DNA from: Octopus bimaculoides
Lineage: Eukaryota
Direction: 5' to 3'
Length of the DNA stretch: 64,000 bases
NCBI RefSeq assembly: GCF_001194135.2
Contig: NC_068981.1
Coordinates: 164,804,235-164,868,234 of the forward strand
Under the pieces are notes generated by a model that ran no database searches, had not been told where the DNA came from, and worked only from the letters and a program-made list of their open reading frames with translations. Numbering within the stretch: the first letter of the stretch is position 1; every line of letters starts with the position of its first letter. A program made the translations under genes and the position numbers. Of the stretch, positions 25,834 to 39,362 are shown one piece after another.

Positions 25834-27087
25834 CCTGTCTATATACCTATCTCAGTTTCTCTCCTTTCTTGTGCGTGTGTGTATGTGTGCGTATTTGTGT
25901 GTGCGTGTGTGTATTTTTGTTTGTGTATGTATGTATGCGTGTGTGATGTGTGAGTGTGTGGTGTGTGCGTGCGTGTGCGTAGTTTATTTAAGCTGGGCCA
26001 GTGACTTGTTACTCTGGAGTTTCCTCAGCATACAGCTGCTCCATCAGAGAAATCAGGCATGCACACAAATATGTACGCATGTATGTATGTATGTATGTAT
26101 ATGTATGTATATAAGCATGTTTATCACAGAGTCCCCACAGAAAAAAAAAGCAGTCGCGTTTGTGTGCAAAATATGTAGTTACATCATTTTAAGCACGTTT
26201 CAGTAACAAGAAATGATTATTAATTATCCAATGTAAATCATATAATCTAGTTGCATTGTCAAGTCGTCAGAGATGTGTAACTGTCATTCGTAATTTTAAG
26301 TATACATAGTGAATTAGTGAAAGTGTTGCTATCACTGGTACCAACACAAAAAATTGTTGCTGCTAGCCAATGCGTTCCATCCCCGTCGCTAATACTAGCA
26401 CATATCCTGGGCACTATCATGACGACTTATGAGAACGCTATTATATTAACCGCCATCTCCATTTTTCTCCATATACTTACAGCGTTTCACTTCATCGTAA
26501 AAGTAATTGGGGGTGGTGATTACCAGAATCGTTTGAGTGTTGCACAAAATGTCTTGTATTTATTCCAGCTCTTTACATTCTGAGTTCAAATTCCGTCGAG
26601 GGGATCTTTGCCTTCCCTCGATAAAACAAATTATCAGTCAAGTACAGGGATTTATGTAACTGACTAACTCTTACCCTAATATCTGAGGATAAGCATTACC
26701 AGCATCGTCAGCATCTTCACAGCTACATGTATCACCGTCTACAATCTAAGCGGGCATAAGTGCTGTACACCAGAGGAGTTACCGCTTATCTTGGTCGCAT
26801 ATAGAAGTAGAGATAGGTATTTAGAGAGATGGGCAAATAGATAGGTAGCTAAGTGGATCGATAGATAGATAGACAGATAGGCAGGCAGACAGACAAGTAG
26901 GCAGGCAGGCAGCTATATATATATATATATNNNNNNNNNNNNNNNNNNNNNNNNNNNNNNNNNNNNNNNNNNNNNNNNNNNNNNNNNNNNNNNNNNNNNN
27001 NNNNNNNNNNNNNNNNNNNNNNNNNNNNNNNNNNNNNNNNNNNNNNNNNNNNNNNNNNNNNNNNNNNNNNNATATATATATATATAT

Positions 27088-27125
<38 letters not shown>

Positions 27126-27574
27126 TGTTCAATGGAATAAATAAGTAATAGTTAGACAGAGAGTACGGACGTACTGATGGATGTAGTAGTATGCCGTGAG
27201 AAAGATGTCCATCATACAACTCGGTCACCCTTATTTTGACCAATAGACACCTGACCTTTTGGGAAACTATTCTGTTGTGATAGACAGAGAGATTGATAGA
27301 TAGAATTATGGACAACCTTCAAACTAGTAGTTGGACAATGATTTAGACGGATAGATAGTTCGGTAAGATTGATAGCATTTATATGTTCGTACTTATATAC
27401 TAGTTGTGTGTTTGAATTCATGTATGTATATGTGTGTGTATTTGCATGAAAATGAATAGTTGCATGCATATGTGTGTGCGTGCTAGATTGTAGTTATATT
27501 TATTTGCAAGAATGCGTGCATGAATGCGTATATGTATGCACGTGTCCGCATTTATACATTTGTATGCATGTTTT

Positions 27575-27725
27575 TTTTTTATATTTGCAGAAATGTTGTC
27601 GACCATCTGGTTTCGAGTTCAGTTCCACTGCGTGACGCTTGGAAGAAGAACCTTCTACTATAGCCACGGACCAACCAAAGCATTTGTGAATGAATTTGAG
27701 AGACGGAAATAGTACGCAAGTCCGT
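27575..27725 (+). mobile_element. diverged SINE type A head
   Basis: GTTCAGTTCCACTGCGTGACGCTTGG...CTACTATAGCC...GTGAATGAATTTGAGAGACGGAAA. Confidence 0.65.
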
Positions 27726-27800
27726 CGAATGGATTCATTCATATATACACATATTCATTCTGTCTCTCACACGCATATAATAATGAAGACAACATTTTCA

Positions 27801-27840
<40 letters not shown>

Positions 27841-27854
27841 GTGTAAAAAAAAAA

Positions 27855-28171
27855 CAGACTCCGTCGCTTACGAAGACGAATGTTCCAGTTGATCCGATCA
27901 CAGCTTGCTCGTGAGATTAACGTGCAAGTAGGTGAGCACTGCACAGGTACGCGTATCCCTTTACTTACTTCTCAGGGAGATTCAGCGTGACATAGGGTGT
28001 GACAAGACTGGCCCCTTTAAAATACAGATACTAATCATTTTTTCCAGCTGAGTGGACTGGAGCACCGTGAAATAGTGTCTTGCTCAAGGACACAACGCAC
28101 CACCGGAAATTGAACTAGCGACCCTACGATCGCAAGCCGAATAACCTAACCACTAAGCTGCACGCCCTCAC
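27855..28171 (-). mobile_element. SINE type C (variant head)
   Basis: Reverse complement of the 45443-45760 type: ...GCTCCAGTCCACTCAGCTGG...CTGAATCTCCCTGAGAA...GACGGAGT. Confidence 0.85.
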
Positions 28172-28176
28172 ACGTG

Positions 28177-28224
<48 letters not shown>

Positions 28225-28573
28225 NNNNNNNNNNNNNNNNNNNNNNNNNNNNNNNNNNNNNNNNNNNNNNNNNNNNNNNNNNNNNNNNNNNNNNNNNNNN
28301 NNNNNNNNNNNNNNNNNNNNNNNNNNNNNNNNNNNNNNNNNTATATATATATATATATATATATATATCTCAATTAGAAAATGGAGGATAATATGCTGAA
28401 CCCAACTACTTGCAGGCAGTGTATCCCGTTGAATTCATTAATTTAATTCGTAGCTAAAGTGACAAAAAAAGAAAAGACCCAAAGTACAGGTGTTTATAAC
28501 AAACCATGTTATTTTGCCAACCGGGTTTACATATAGAAGTACAAAGTACATAAGAAATTAGAGAATGAACAGA

Positions 28574-28712
28574 AGTTTAATCTTACAGCTGTTTTGGCCT
28601 AGCTTTGGCATGCCCCATTCTATCCGAATAGTTCTTGCCGGAGTGATTATCGGATGATATGTTGAAATGGGGTTACATGCCCGAATCGCTAGGCCTCTTC
28701 AGAGGTAAAAAC
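28574..28712 (-). ncRNA. type I hammerhead-like motif with about 100-nt branched stem II (G12A)
   Basis: CUGAAGA-GGCCUAGC...GCUAGGCC-AAAA-CAGCUG-UA; stem II also has GGCAUG/CAUGCC, CCCCAUU/AAUGGGG and AUCCGA/UCGGAU pairings; palindromic stem III ACAGCUGU. Confidence 0.7.
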
Positions 28713-28969
28713 AAAGGTGTAGTAGAGACAAGAACAAAAACAATAGCAAAGATAAGATAAAAATAAAAAACACTTACAGCTTTCTAAATACGGCAGATAG
28801 CGCTGATGCCATAAACCGCGTATGTGGTGGAATGCCTGTGTATAAATACTTGTATATGTACACATGTGAGTAAGGGAATATCCGAGTGAGGTTATGCACA
28901 TGAACCCACACACATATATATATGCATTGGAGTGTCTATAGCCATTTGTAATGTTTGTAGGCTCTGGTG

Positions 28970-29180
28970 TGGCCTGACTTGTGTGTTCTGGAGCTCTCCC
29001 AACGAATTTTGAGCGAGGAAATATGAATGAAATGAGTTGCAGCAAAATTTGTACCTCGCTTGATCACAGAAGATCAAAAGCAGTCACGACTGAATGCGAG
29101 TCGTGAACTGAAAGAAAAGTTGGAAGTTGATCCAGACCTTTTCTCGAAGGCCATTCCTGGTGACGAAAAGTGGGGCTACG
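28970..29180 (+). mobile_element. mariner transposase fragment
   Basis: AAKFVPRLITEDQKQSRLNASRELKEKLEVDPDLFSKAIPGDEKWGY (K[FW]VP and GDE.W motifs); 3' end cut by a minus-strand SINE A fragment at about 29180-29245. Confidence 0.8.
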
Positions 29181-29709
29181 GAATTTGCACCCGGAACCAT
29201 GTGGTTGGTTAGCAAGCTACTTACTACGCAGCCACTCCTGCGCCTAAAAGTGTGAGACGCTTACAGCATCTACATTTCGAAAGCGGCCACCCATCTAGGT
29301 CAACGTTGCTTAACTTTGGTGATCAGACGAGAACCGATGCTTTCAACGCGATACGACCGTAATACTATCAATATTGTTCTCTGCTCATTTTCTTTATGGT
29401 TTATCTCTAACATTTTTGCATTCTTTCCATTTATACACATACATGCACACAAACAGACACAGACACAGACACATACACATATGCATACTTATTTCCATAC
29501 ATGCATATATTCATATATATCAGTTCGTGAAGTATGAAATTTGCAGTAAGGTGGATGGTAGACTTTTACAGCTGCTCATTTTGCGCCATTATAATATTTT
29601 GACAATCTTTATTTTTTGTTAGGAAGCTGATGCATCTATTTCTTTATTCTAACTCAATTTGCGCTCTATAAAGTAAATATAAATCGTTTTTTGCTATTTT
29701 TGTTTAGAG

Positions 29710-30448
29710 ATGGATAAGTCGGAAATTCATACAGTTTCGAAATAATGAGTTCTTTCTTGGAAATACATTATCACAGACAGCTCGGAATATTAATGGTGTA
29801 TCTCATTCTAATGTTATAACACAGCAGGCAGTATCAAATTGGTTTGCAAAATTTCGTTCTGGTAACTTTGACCACACAAATGAACAACGCTGTCTACCAG
29901 AAACAAAAGTGGATAATCTTTTCTACTCTAGGCACAAGACCCAACATTTTGAGAGAGAGAGGGGGGGGCAGCCGATTAGATCGACCCCACTATGTAAGTG
30001 GTACTTAATTTATCGACCCACGAAAAGATGAAAGGCAAAGTCGACCTCGGCGGAATTTGAACTCAGAACGTAAAGACAGACGAAATACCGCTAAGCATTT
30101 TATTCAGCGTGCTAACGTTTCTGCCAGCTTGCGCCTGACAAAAGTGGATAATGATGAATTGAAAGCCACCGTCGAGTCAGATCCATCTCCCAGTGCCTGT
30201 GAATTATCATTGTTGTTTGGTGTTAGCAAGCAAACAATATTGACTCACCTAGTTCAAATCGGTAAAGTAAAAAATTTTAATAAGTGGGTTCCACATGAAC
30301 TCAATGAAAATCAGAAACAGCAACGTTTGACAGCCTGCATTATGCTACTTTCTCGTCACAAAAATGAATCATTTTTTAAAAATCGAATTGTAACGTGATG
30401 AGAAATGGATCCAATACAACCACCGTAAGCGTTCAGTACAATGGTCGG
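29710..30448 (+). mobile_element. mariner (Hsmar1-like) transposase pseudogene, N-terminal half, split by a SINE and ending at an N gap
   Basis: MDKSEIH...WFAKFRSGNFD...KVDNDELKATVESDPS...KWVPHELNENQKQQR...RIVT/DEKWIQYNHRKRS. Confidence 0.88.
29918..30137 (-). mobile_element. SINE type B with 15-bp TSD
   Basis: ACAAAAGTGGATAAT at 29903-29917 and 30138-30152. Confidence 0.95.
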
Positions 30449-32137
30449 ANNNNNNNNNNATATATATACATATACAGCAATAAGAAAATGGAGGGGATCA
30501 AGAGGTGGTATTCATCAACTTACAGACATTATATTATGTCTATTTTTTAAAAAAGACAATTTTAAAGAAGCAACAGATGTATGTATATTGATACATACAT
30601 CTGTTGCTTTTTCCGATGGAAGGGTGTGGTATGAGGGAAATGTGGCTACCATGTCTAAAAAGTTGAGTGAAAACATAAAGGAGCCCCCATTAGCTTGCAT
30701 TGTTAAGGCTTTGAATGACGTTATTCTCGTTGTTTTACTGGGGATTTTTTTAAGCTACAGGCCATGAATAACCGAGTAGTCCTGTGATCAAAGGCATTCC
30801 AAGCGTACAGAAATGCCTTTTCGGAGAGGTGGGTATGGAGAAGAATAGATATTTCACACTCAGGACTTCATTATCGAATGCGTCTATTTATAAATCATCC
30901 GGGAGCAATTTCAGGAATATTTGGCCGCGTAGTTCTTCTTCGTTAGCTCGCTAACTAATAGATTCAGTTTAAATAATATCAGTATCAGTAAATGCGTATG
31001 TGGATTTATTGGAAGACACAAAACGAAACATATTACCCGAAGTGGGCTACAGAGGATTGCATTTCTAGAGTGAAATAATTAGTGTCAGTGCTGAATGCGA
31101 TGTCAAGGAATACAGAAGCGGCTAATGGCATTGCTATCTTTTTTGTTGCTGCTGATTGTTGTCTTCTTGTTGTCGGTGCTGCTGTTGTCGTGACCCAATC
31201 CAAACATTCTGAAGCAAATGTATGATTAAATGCATTTTCCCCGAGAGCATTGCATCTTTGATTTAGTCTAACATTATCTAATTAGGACATCATCTAAAGT
31301 TTCCTTCATTATCTATGTCAGTAGGGTGGGATTTGGGTTTGATTTGGCTGCTATTTCTTCTAAGTTAATTATGCCAGTCGTGAAGGTCTCATCTTTTGTT
31401 TTAAAGATTTTGTACTTAGAAGTAGATCATGTACCGTACATTTTCTACTTTAAGACATTACGCCGTAATTAAGGAAAATTTTATTGCTATTTCTAGTTCA
31501 TCATGCAACCATGTAGAAGTTCAATCGTGAGATCGTTCATTATTGTTGTTTAGCAACAGAGATCGGACCTTATCAGGCAGAAGTATGATCAAAGATATCG
31601 CAGTGGTAATAATCACATATTTTTCTCCTTATTTATTTATTTATTTATTTTGTCTGAGGCAGTATCTTAAACTACATTAGGATTACATTAACCAACGTGT
31701 TCCTCCCTTTATAAGACATTAGGCTTTGTTTTGAAGGGTTTTGGGGCTGGTATTTCTCGTTGGTCGAACGATCACATAAACGCTTCATCACTGGATCAAG
31801 TGTTATCGTTCTGTTTGCATCCCTTCTGCTTCCGCAATAAACTTATTTGATGTTCTTTTTTTTATTGTATTCATTTATTCGGTAGGGAGGACGGAAGTGA
31901 CGCAGGATCCATATCCGTAACACGCCCTTTTATGCAGGGTGTGAGACGGGGGGAAATTAGACACGGGCTATTTACGCTCGTTTCAAAAGCGGTGTGAACA
32001 GATACAGATTATTGAACTTGTCGGAAAATCCCGACAGCCATCTTTTCAGCATCTCTATCATCCTTACACAGATATTTATAGTCACATACACACGCACACA
32101 CAGAGGCAAATGTATGCTCGTGCGCGCACACACACAG

Positions 32138-32196
<59 letters not shown>

Positions 32197-32425
32197 TACA
32201 CGTGCATACATATGTGGGAATGCGTGTAATGATTTCGTATGAATTTTTAGTCATTGGCGAATAGAAATTAACAAATCTACATAACTATATGCATAAATAA
32301 TGCAGATATATGTATGTAAATGTACGTATGTATGTATATATANNNNNNNNNNNNNNNNNNNNNNNNNNNNNNNNNNNNNNNNNNNNNNNNNNNNNNNNNN
32401 NNNNNNNNNNNNNNNNNNNNNNNNN

Positions 32426-32470
<45 letters not shown>

Positions 32471-34256
32471 ATGTATGTGTGTGTGTGTGTATGTATATAT
32501 ATGTATATATATATATTTGTACACATACACACAAATATATATGGATATGTATATACTTATACACACAAACACCCAAACACACACTCGCGCACACTCACAC
32601 ACACAGATACATATGCACATAAATGTTCATAGATATATACATGTGTATGTACATTAATAAACATATATGTTTTCATGCATGCATGCATGCATGTATGTAT
32701 GTATACACACATGTATAAATACAAAAGTATTCAAAATTATACACTTATGCATGTGCGCGTACACCGGACCGTGTAATAGTACTGTGTTTTTTCTGCGAAC
32801 ATGCATGCACACACTCACACACACACAACACATACTCACGCACGCTCGCCCACACACAAACAAGCACTCACACACACTTCTATGTACACATACGTGTAGA
32901 TACAGAATCAATACACCCCCCACACACACACACACGCACACACTCATACATACAGACAGCAAACGGTTTTGTTTATTACGATTACCATTTATGTTCATGT
33001 TTTATTTCTTTCTTTCTTTTTTTCTTTCTTTCTTTATTTATTTATCATTTATTTATTTATCAATTTATATATTTATTTATATTCATCTTCTGGTCTCTCA
33101 ATTCCATAGCTGGCTCGTGTCAACATGAACATCATCATCAGAGGAGATGAGGCCAGCGATACAAACAGCCGTACGACATCTGTCAGCATTATAAGCAGAG
33201 AAATCTTGAAGGCTTTTGTCTTGATGTTTTGTTAATGGCACGATTCCTGAGGTTGATGACTATTCAATCACAGAAGTTACTGTTTCACAAGTCAATTCTT
33301 CCGTCGTTTCCATACATTTTTATTGTCGTAATCTGCTTTTAATAGCAGTAAAAATATAAAAAATTAAAAGAAACATAAATAATAATGATAATAATAATTG
33401 CTTCTTTTTTCACATATTAATAATGTATATATATATGTGAGTGTGTATTATATATACATGCTAATATATATATGCATATATTATATATATATATATATAC
33501 TTATATATATATATATATATATATATATNNNNNNNNNNNNNNNNNNNNNNNNNNNNNNNNNNNNNNNNNNNNNNNNNNNNNNNNNNNNNNNNNNNNNNNN
33601 NNNNNNNNNNNNNNNNNNNNNNNNNNNNNNNNNNNNNNNNNNNNNNNNNNNNNNNNNNNNNNNNNNNNNNNNNNNNNNNNNNNNNNNNNNNNNNNNNNNN
33701 NNNNNNNNNNNNNNNNNNNNNNNNNNNNNNNNNNNNNNNNNNNNNNNNNNNNNNNNNNNNNNNNNNNNNNNNNNNNNNNNNNNNNNNNNNNNNNNNNNNN
33801 NNNNNNNNNNNNNNNNNNNNNNNNNNNNNNNNNTATACTTTTATATGTGTGTGTGTATTTATACATGCGTCTGCATGTGTCTTGTGTCTATGTAGTTATG
33901 CCAAAAAGTTAAATATAAATATGTAGTAATATCAAAAGACAGGAGCTTTGCCAACGTAACCGCCGCTGCCGTCGGCTGGCAGTGTCAGTGATAACAGAGC
34001 AACATTAGAAGCGGTGGATTGTGCTCTGGCGGCACAAGCAGATACGATTGGCAGAAGATGGTGTTGTTAGATTAGGCGCGGAGTTGGGGACGTGTGTAAA
34101 TAACATTTCTTTTTCCTTTCATGTGAAGAAGTTCGAGACATCCGGCTTTCCACCATATTCCACCATATTTTAAGTATGTATGAAAGTTCAGGACGTTCAT
34201 GATTTTCCACGAGAGATGAGATAACAACAACAACAAAAACAAAAACGATAATGGTA

Positions 34257-34320
<64 letters not shown>

Positions 34321-34321
<1 letters not shown>

Positions 34322-34449
34322 CTTTTCTACTATAGGCACAAGGCCTAAAATTTGGTGGGGAGGGGACTAGTCGATTATATCGACCCAAGTGTTTCACTGG
34401 TACTTAATTTATTGACCCCGAAAGGATGAAAGGCAAAGTTTACCTCGGC

Positions 34450-34451
<2 letters not shown>
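34321..34451 (-). mobile_element. 5'-truncated SINE type B embedded in (AAT)n
   Basis: Homologous to 29918-30055; (AAT)n on both sides. Confidence 0.88.
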
Positions 34452-34513
<62 letters not shown>

Positions 34514-35719
34514 CACTAACAAAAACACAGATTCAAACTTTGTAGAACTGAATATCAAAAAACAACAAAAAAGTAACCCTGGACAACAGGACAACACAAC
34601 CAAAAATTTTAATTGAAGGTAATGAGAAGGATTTAACAATAATCTAAAGCTGAAAATAATCTTAGATATTACAAACCATAAAAGATCTCGCATTTGGCCA
34701 ATAAGAATACTGTCCAAGTGCAAAAGTCGATGATAAAATAACAACGATGAAAAACGCAAGCTTGAACATCAGAGACATAAACCAAACAAATATCAATACC
34801 TCCAGCCTAAATGAAATAATTCATTCAGGGGTGATTGTGGTTAGAAAGGAAAAGCTTAATTCAGTGCCTAATGAAATACATAAGAGCATGAGAGGGCCAT
34901 ACTTTAGCTATATAAAAACAAAAGTAAGTATTCGGCATAAAAATGACAACGTTTCCTTGAAAGGTACAAAGAGCTCTCTTCAAGCCAAAATCATTTTATC
35001 AACAACTTAGTAAAAATATAATTGAAATTAAATGCAGCACTAACAGCAACACAAATAGAATTTAGGGCAGCGAAGGAATAACTACTGAAGTGATCACTTA
35101 AAACAACAAACACAAATGTTGAACAATTGGGAGATGTCATAATAGCAAAAGCTGTGACCTACACACAGCGAAAATCCAAACAAGCGAATGACGTGCGAAT
35201 ATAATACGATTTCAAATATCTGGTTATAGTTTTTAACCAATAAGGCTGTATAATAGAGATGTTTAATGAAATACCGGCGCATATTTACAAATATGGCCAA
35301 CCCATCCACAAAGGAGTGAAAAGCTCCTCTCGGTAAGTAAGATGGAAGTGCTTCATGATCTGACCAATTTCCATCCGTATAACCTTCCGCATCCCCCGAA
35401 AAGTAGTTTCCCACGTTTCTACAGTCGTATTAAGACGACAGCATGATATTGCTACATGTAGTTTCTGACAGTTTCTATGTTGAGAAAAAAAAAATCCGCG
35501 TCTTTGGGCCGTCATCGACCCTGATAGTGGTAGTATTGTGTCCATTTGTCCAGTTATATCTTTTTTGTTTTATTTGCGAGACTTGCAGAGTCACATGGAT
35601 TGTCGATATTTTCGTCTTTATCGCTTTACCTGTTACTGTTGATGTCACGTTTTCCACATGATTTTTGTAATTTTCTGCATCTGATTCAGGATGTTTATTC
35701 TCTCAATTAGTAATAAGAA

Positions 35720-36560
35720 TTCTCAGTCAGAAAATGTCTTCAAAGAATATGAGCTGCTCGAAGGAAGGCAAACTTTTGGAGCATGTTTGTTTTAATGTCC
35801 AAACATTTTATGTAGTTTTACAATAGTTGTATTTAATTGAACCCTAGTATCACTTTCACTTTTACCAGTTGGACATCCATATATTTCTGATATCATTCTA
35901 TTACATAAGCTACATAAGCATATTTCAAAATAAATTCTGCTTCATCGTCTGCAGTGTTTTTTTGGAATGGAATTGAAACGTCGATTATGAGGCATTCTCT
36001 TCTGTTTATGTCAGATATTTAACTGACGCTCTTCAAGTATTGTCTTGTGTAGCTGTCTAAATCCCAAAGAATTTTTGGTTTACTTGTCCCATTTAGAGCA
36101 GTGTAAATTAAGACAAACTTTATTCTGTCGCTTGCATTTTTTCTGTGTGAGCATTTAAAGCTATCATATGATCAATATCTTTTACTCATTATTAAATAGG
36201 CGGTATTGATTAATTTCAGTACTCACTGAATTAGTGTTTAAAGTTTGCTTTTGAGCAACTAGCAATAAACTCTCCGCTTCTCTCTTTAAATTTCCATTCC
36301 GTCCCCTACTCCTTCGATGAGTCATGATTCTTCACACTTTCTGTAGAACTCACCATGTAACAAGATTTCTTCTAATGCTTCTTTTCTTTCATAAATTATT
36401 TTACTTTGACATGCTTCCTTTTCTTGAATATCAACACAAGTAAGTTCTATTTCTGTTATAGTATGTTTAGATAGTACTTCACTCTGCGTCAAGGAGTAAT
36501 TCACTGAGCTTTGCTCTCCACCCACACAAGGCAGTAATGCTAATAATTTCCGTCTGTTTA
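35720..36560 (-). mobile_element. heavily decayed R4/Dong-clade LINE C-terminal region (zinc knuckle plus RLE)
   Basis: Across frameshifts: LHGEFYR, AESLLLVAQKQTLNTN, DIDHMI, KRECLIIDVSIP, QKFAFLRAAHIL, in the order expected for R4-clade ORFs. Confidence 0.65.
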
Positions 36561-39325
36561 TTCTTCCATTTCATGTTTAAATTGAATCACTCCTTGCATA
36601 ATCAGCGACAACATATTGACGACTGTTGAATATTTATTTTATCTTATTTATATTTAGATATGTAAGATTTGTTTGTGCCTATGACTTCAGCAGCCCATCC
36701 AAATCCAATGAGATTGATGTCATCCATGATCTATCTTTAAAACTGTTTCAAGTCAACGACTGCGAGAAAGACATTTGCAAAGAATTAATTACAAAAGCCA
36801 ACGTTCTGAGGATAAAGGACTGAGCGTAGTGATAAGAGAATGTATTAAGTGTATATATTGGACACATCATGATGATGGTAGGATGAGAGACTAGAAAAGA
36901 GAGAGTGCGTAGGCGGAGGACTGCAATATCAACCAGCTCCCCAAAGAAGAAACTATTGTCGTAGAGAGAGGAGATAATTAGTCACCGGAGGAAGTCGCCA
37001 GTAAAAGTGACGTCACGAAGGTTCTGGTTGCATGCTACTTATGTTTAAGTGGCATGAGGCGCGATGTTTTCTCGATATGTTCAGTGATAAAATTCTGTCT
37101 TTCTGTTGAAGGAAACATGAATGGCATGACACTTTTTGAGAATGTTTTCGACTTCTCTATTCAAGGCATCCGTACAGATTTATCTAGACAGTGTTTGGAT
37201 GATGCTTCTATGAAACAGGTTAAAGAAGAATGTAGTGGATATCATTTGCGTTAATGTGTTGATGCCTGAGGTAACTGTAACTAGGTCTTTAAGCTCCATT
37301 AATATAAGCCATAATGAAATCTGACAGGAAGATACCAATGTAAGAGATAAGATACGGATGAGACTCATTGATGTCCAGACTTGACACGAAATTTGTGTGC
37401 CAAACAAAGTCGAAAGATTTGCTGGTGTGAAGGGCAACGGCTTTCACTAAATTCCTTGAAAGTTCTGATTGACAGAGGTAAATTTGTCTCTAAAGGAAGG
37501 AAGTATAACAAAGTAAATCGACCTTCACAAATCACTAGCACATAATTTATCGATTGGGAATATTGAATGGCCAAATCAACTGTATGGAAAAACGTGTTTT
37601 CGTAACATTTGGGAGAAGCAGTTATCAATTACCTGCTATGTATGCTTCGTTGTAATGCTTTTTTTCTACAAAGGCACAAGACGGGTGGCGGTTGTTTATC
37701 CATACAGATCTACGATTAAGGACGTTTCAACTGTAAACTTACTACTTTTGAGAGGGACGTAGGACTGGATTATTTTATATGTCCTTTATTTCACCAACGA
37801 AAGATTTAAGGCAAATTTGGCTGATATTTATAGCAATATCGATTGATAGAAAGTTATATTTTTTATTCGAGATGATGTGACGGATTGTTTCAAGGGGTTA
37901 CATTATACAATCAATTTATCATTGACCCTAGTACATTCTTATTATTTATTGACTGGTCGTATATTAGATAAAATAGGTGTTAAATGAGATTTAAATTTAA
38001 GAAATAGAACAGTGAAATTCGAAACTACAATTCATTTAGTCCACAGTCGAATCTTTTACGTTAACTGACCCATCATCATCCAAGCAAATACAAATGATTT
38101 ATTATATCGGCGTGAATCTTTAAGAAATTTTGATATTTATCTGTATATCACATCCTTAACATGTGTAAGTGTAGGTTAAGTTTCTATGATTTTATTATTG
38201 CCCAAACACTTTGAGGTCATAGCATTTTCAGAGAGCCTGTTAATCTGTCTTCGACTTGGAGATAAATAGTAGAGATATTATTATAATATCTCTACAATTT
38301 ATCTCAAGCAGATATGATAAAGCACGAAAATAAAGTCACCGCTGACTCGATACTTAGTGTGATATCCTTCCTATTCCCCAAAGTAGCTAATACTTTTGTC
38401 AATTAGGCAATGCTGACATGTTAACACTAGGTCATCTTTAGGATTATCGGAAAAAAATATCTCCAGGTCGAAGGAGGTGACAAAATATAACATAACGTCT
38501 GATAAGATCAGCCTGGCTGTCATCTCTTTTAAACATACACACACGCACACATATACATACTCACAAATGCAGACATAAACGCACATATACACACAGAGTT
38601 TCTATCAGCCTCTCGTTCTTTTCCGCCCTTTCCTTATTTCTATCGACACATAATAATAATTTAATTTATAATGATGAATTACTAATCTATCTCATGACAT
38701 CTCGCCTCACATTCATTACGACGTATTTTTTTTTCTTCCTAAATTACAATAAAATCAACCTTAATTGAAATAATAAAATATCAAGATCAAACTACAAAGG
38801 GAAAAAAATCTATCTGTACAGCATCGGAAAGAGAAGACAGAATTAGCGATAACAATAAAATAGAGAGTCGAGTTAAAAGCAATTTTTTGAAAATATAGGA
38901 CTTTGAATTCAATATGAACGGAATTCATTTTAAACACTAAATTGCATGTAGCTTCGTATCTAGGAAGCCACGGAACATTCTACATGCATTACACTATATA
39001 TATATATANNNNNNNNNNNNNNNNNNNNNNNNNNNNNNNNNNNNNNNNNNNNNNNNNNNNNNNNNNNNNNNNNNNNNNNNNNNNNNNNNNNNNNNNNNNN
39101 NNNNNNNNNNNNNNNNNNNNNNNNNNNNNNNNNNNNNNNNNNNNNNNNNNNNNNNNNNNNNNNNNNNNNNNNNNNNNNNNNNNNNNNNNNNNNNNNNNNN
39201 NNNNNNNNNNNNNNNNNNNNNNNNNNNNNNNNNNNNNNNNNNNNNNNNNNNNNNNNNNNNNNNNNNNNNNNNNNNNNNNNNNNNNNNNNNNNNNNNNNNN
39301 NNNNNNNNNNNNNNNNNNNNNNNNN

Positions 39326-39358
<33 letters not shown>

Positions 39359-39362
<4 letters not shown>

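Noticed and set aside
35240-35400. DGNWSD as a thrombospondin type-1 start, or SDH as an APE endonuclease end
   Set aside because: The required downstream Trp/Cys pattern and upstream APE motifs are absent.
38371-38530. Minus-strand ORF EMTARLILSDVMLYF...
   Set aside because: Starts in a microsatellite, has a weak acceptor and no recognisable homology.
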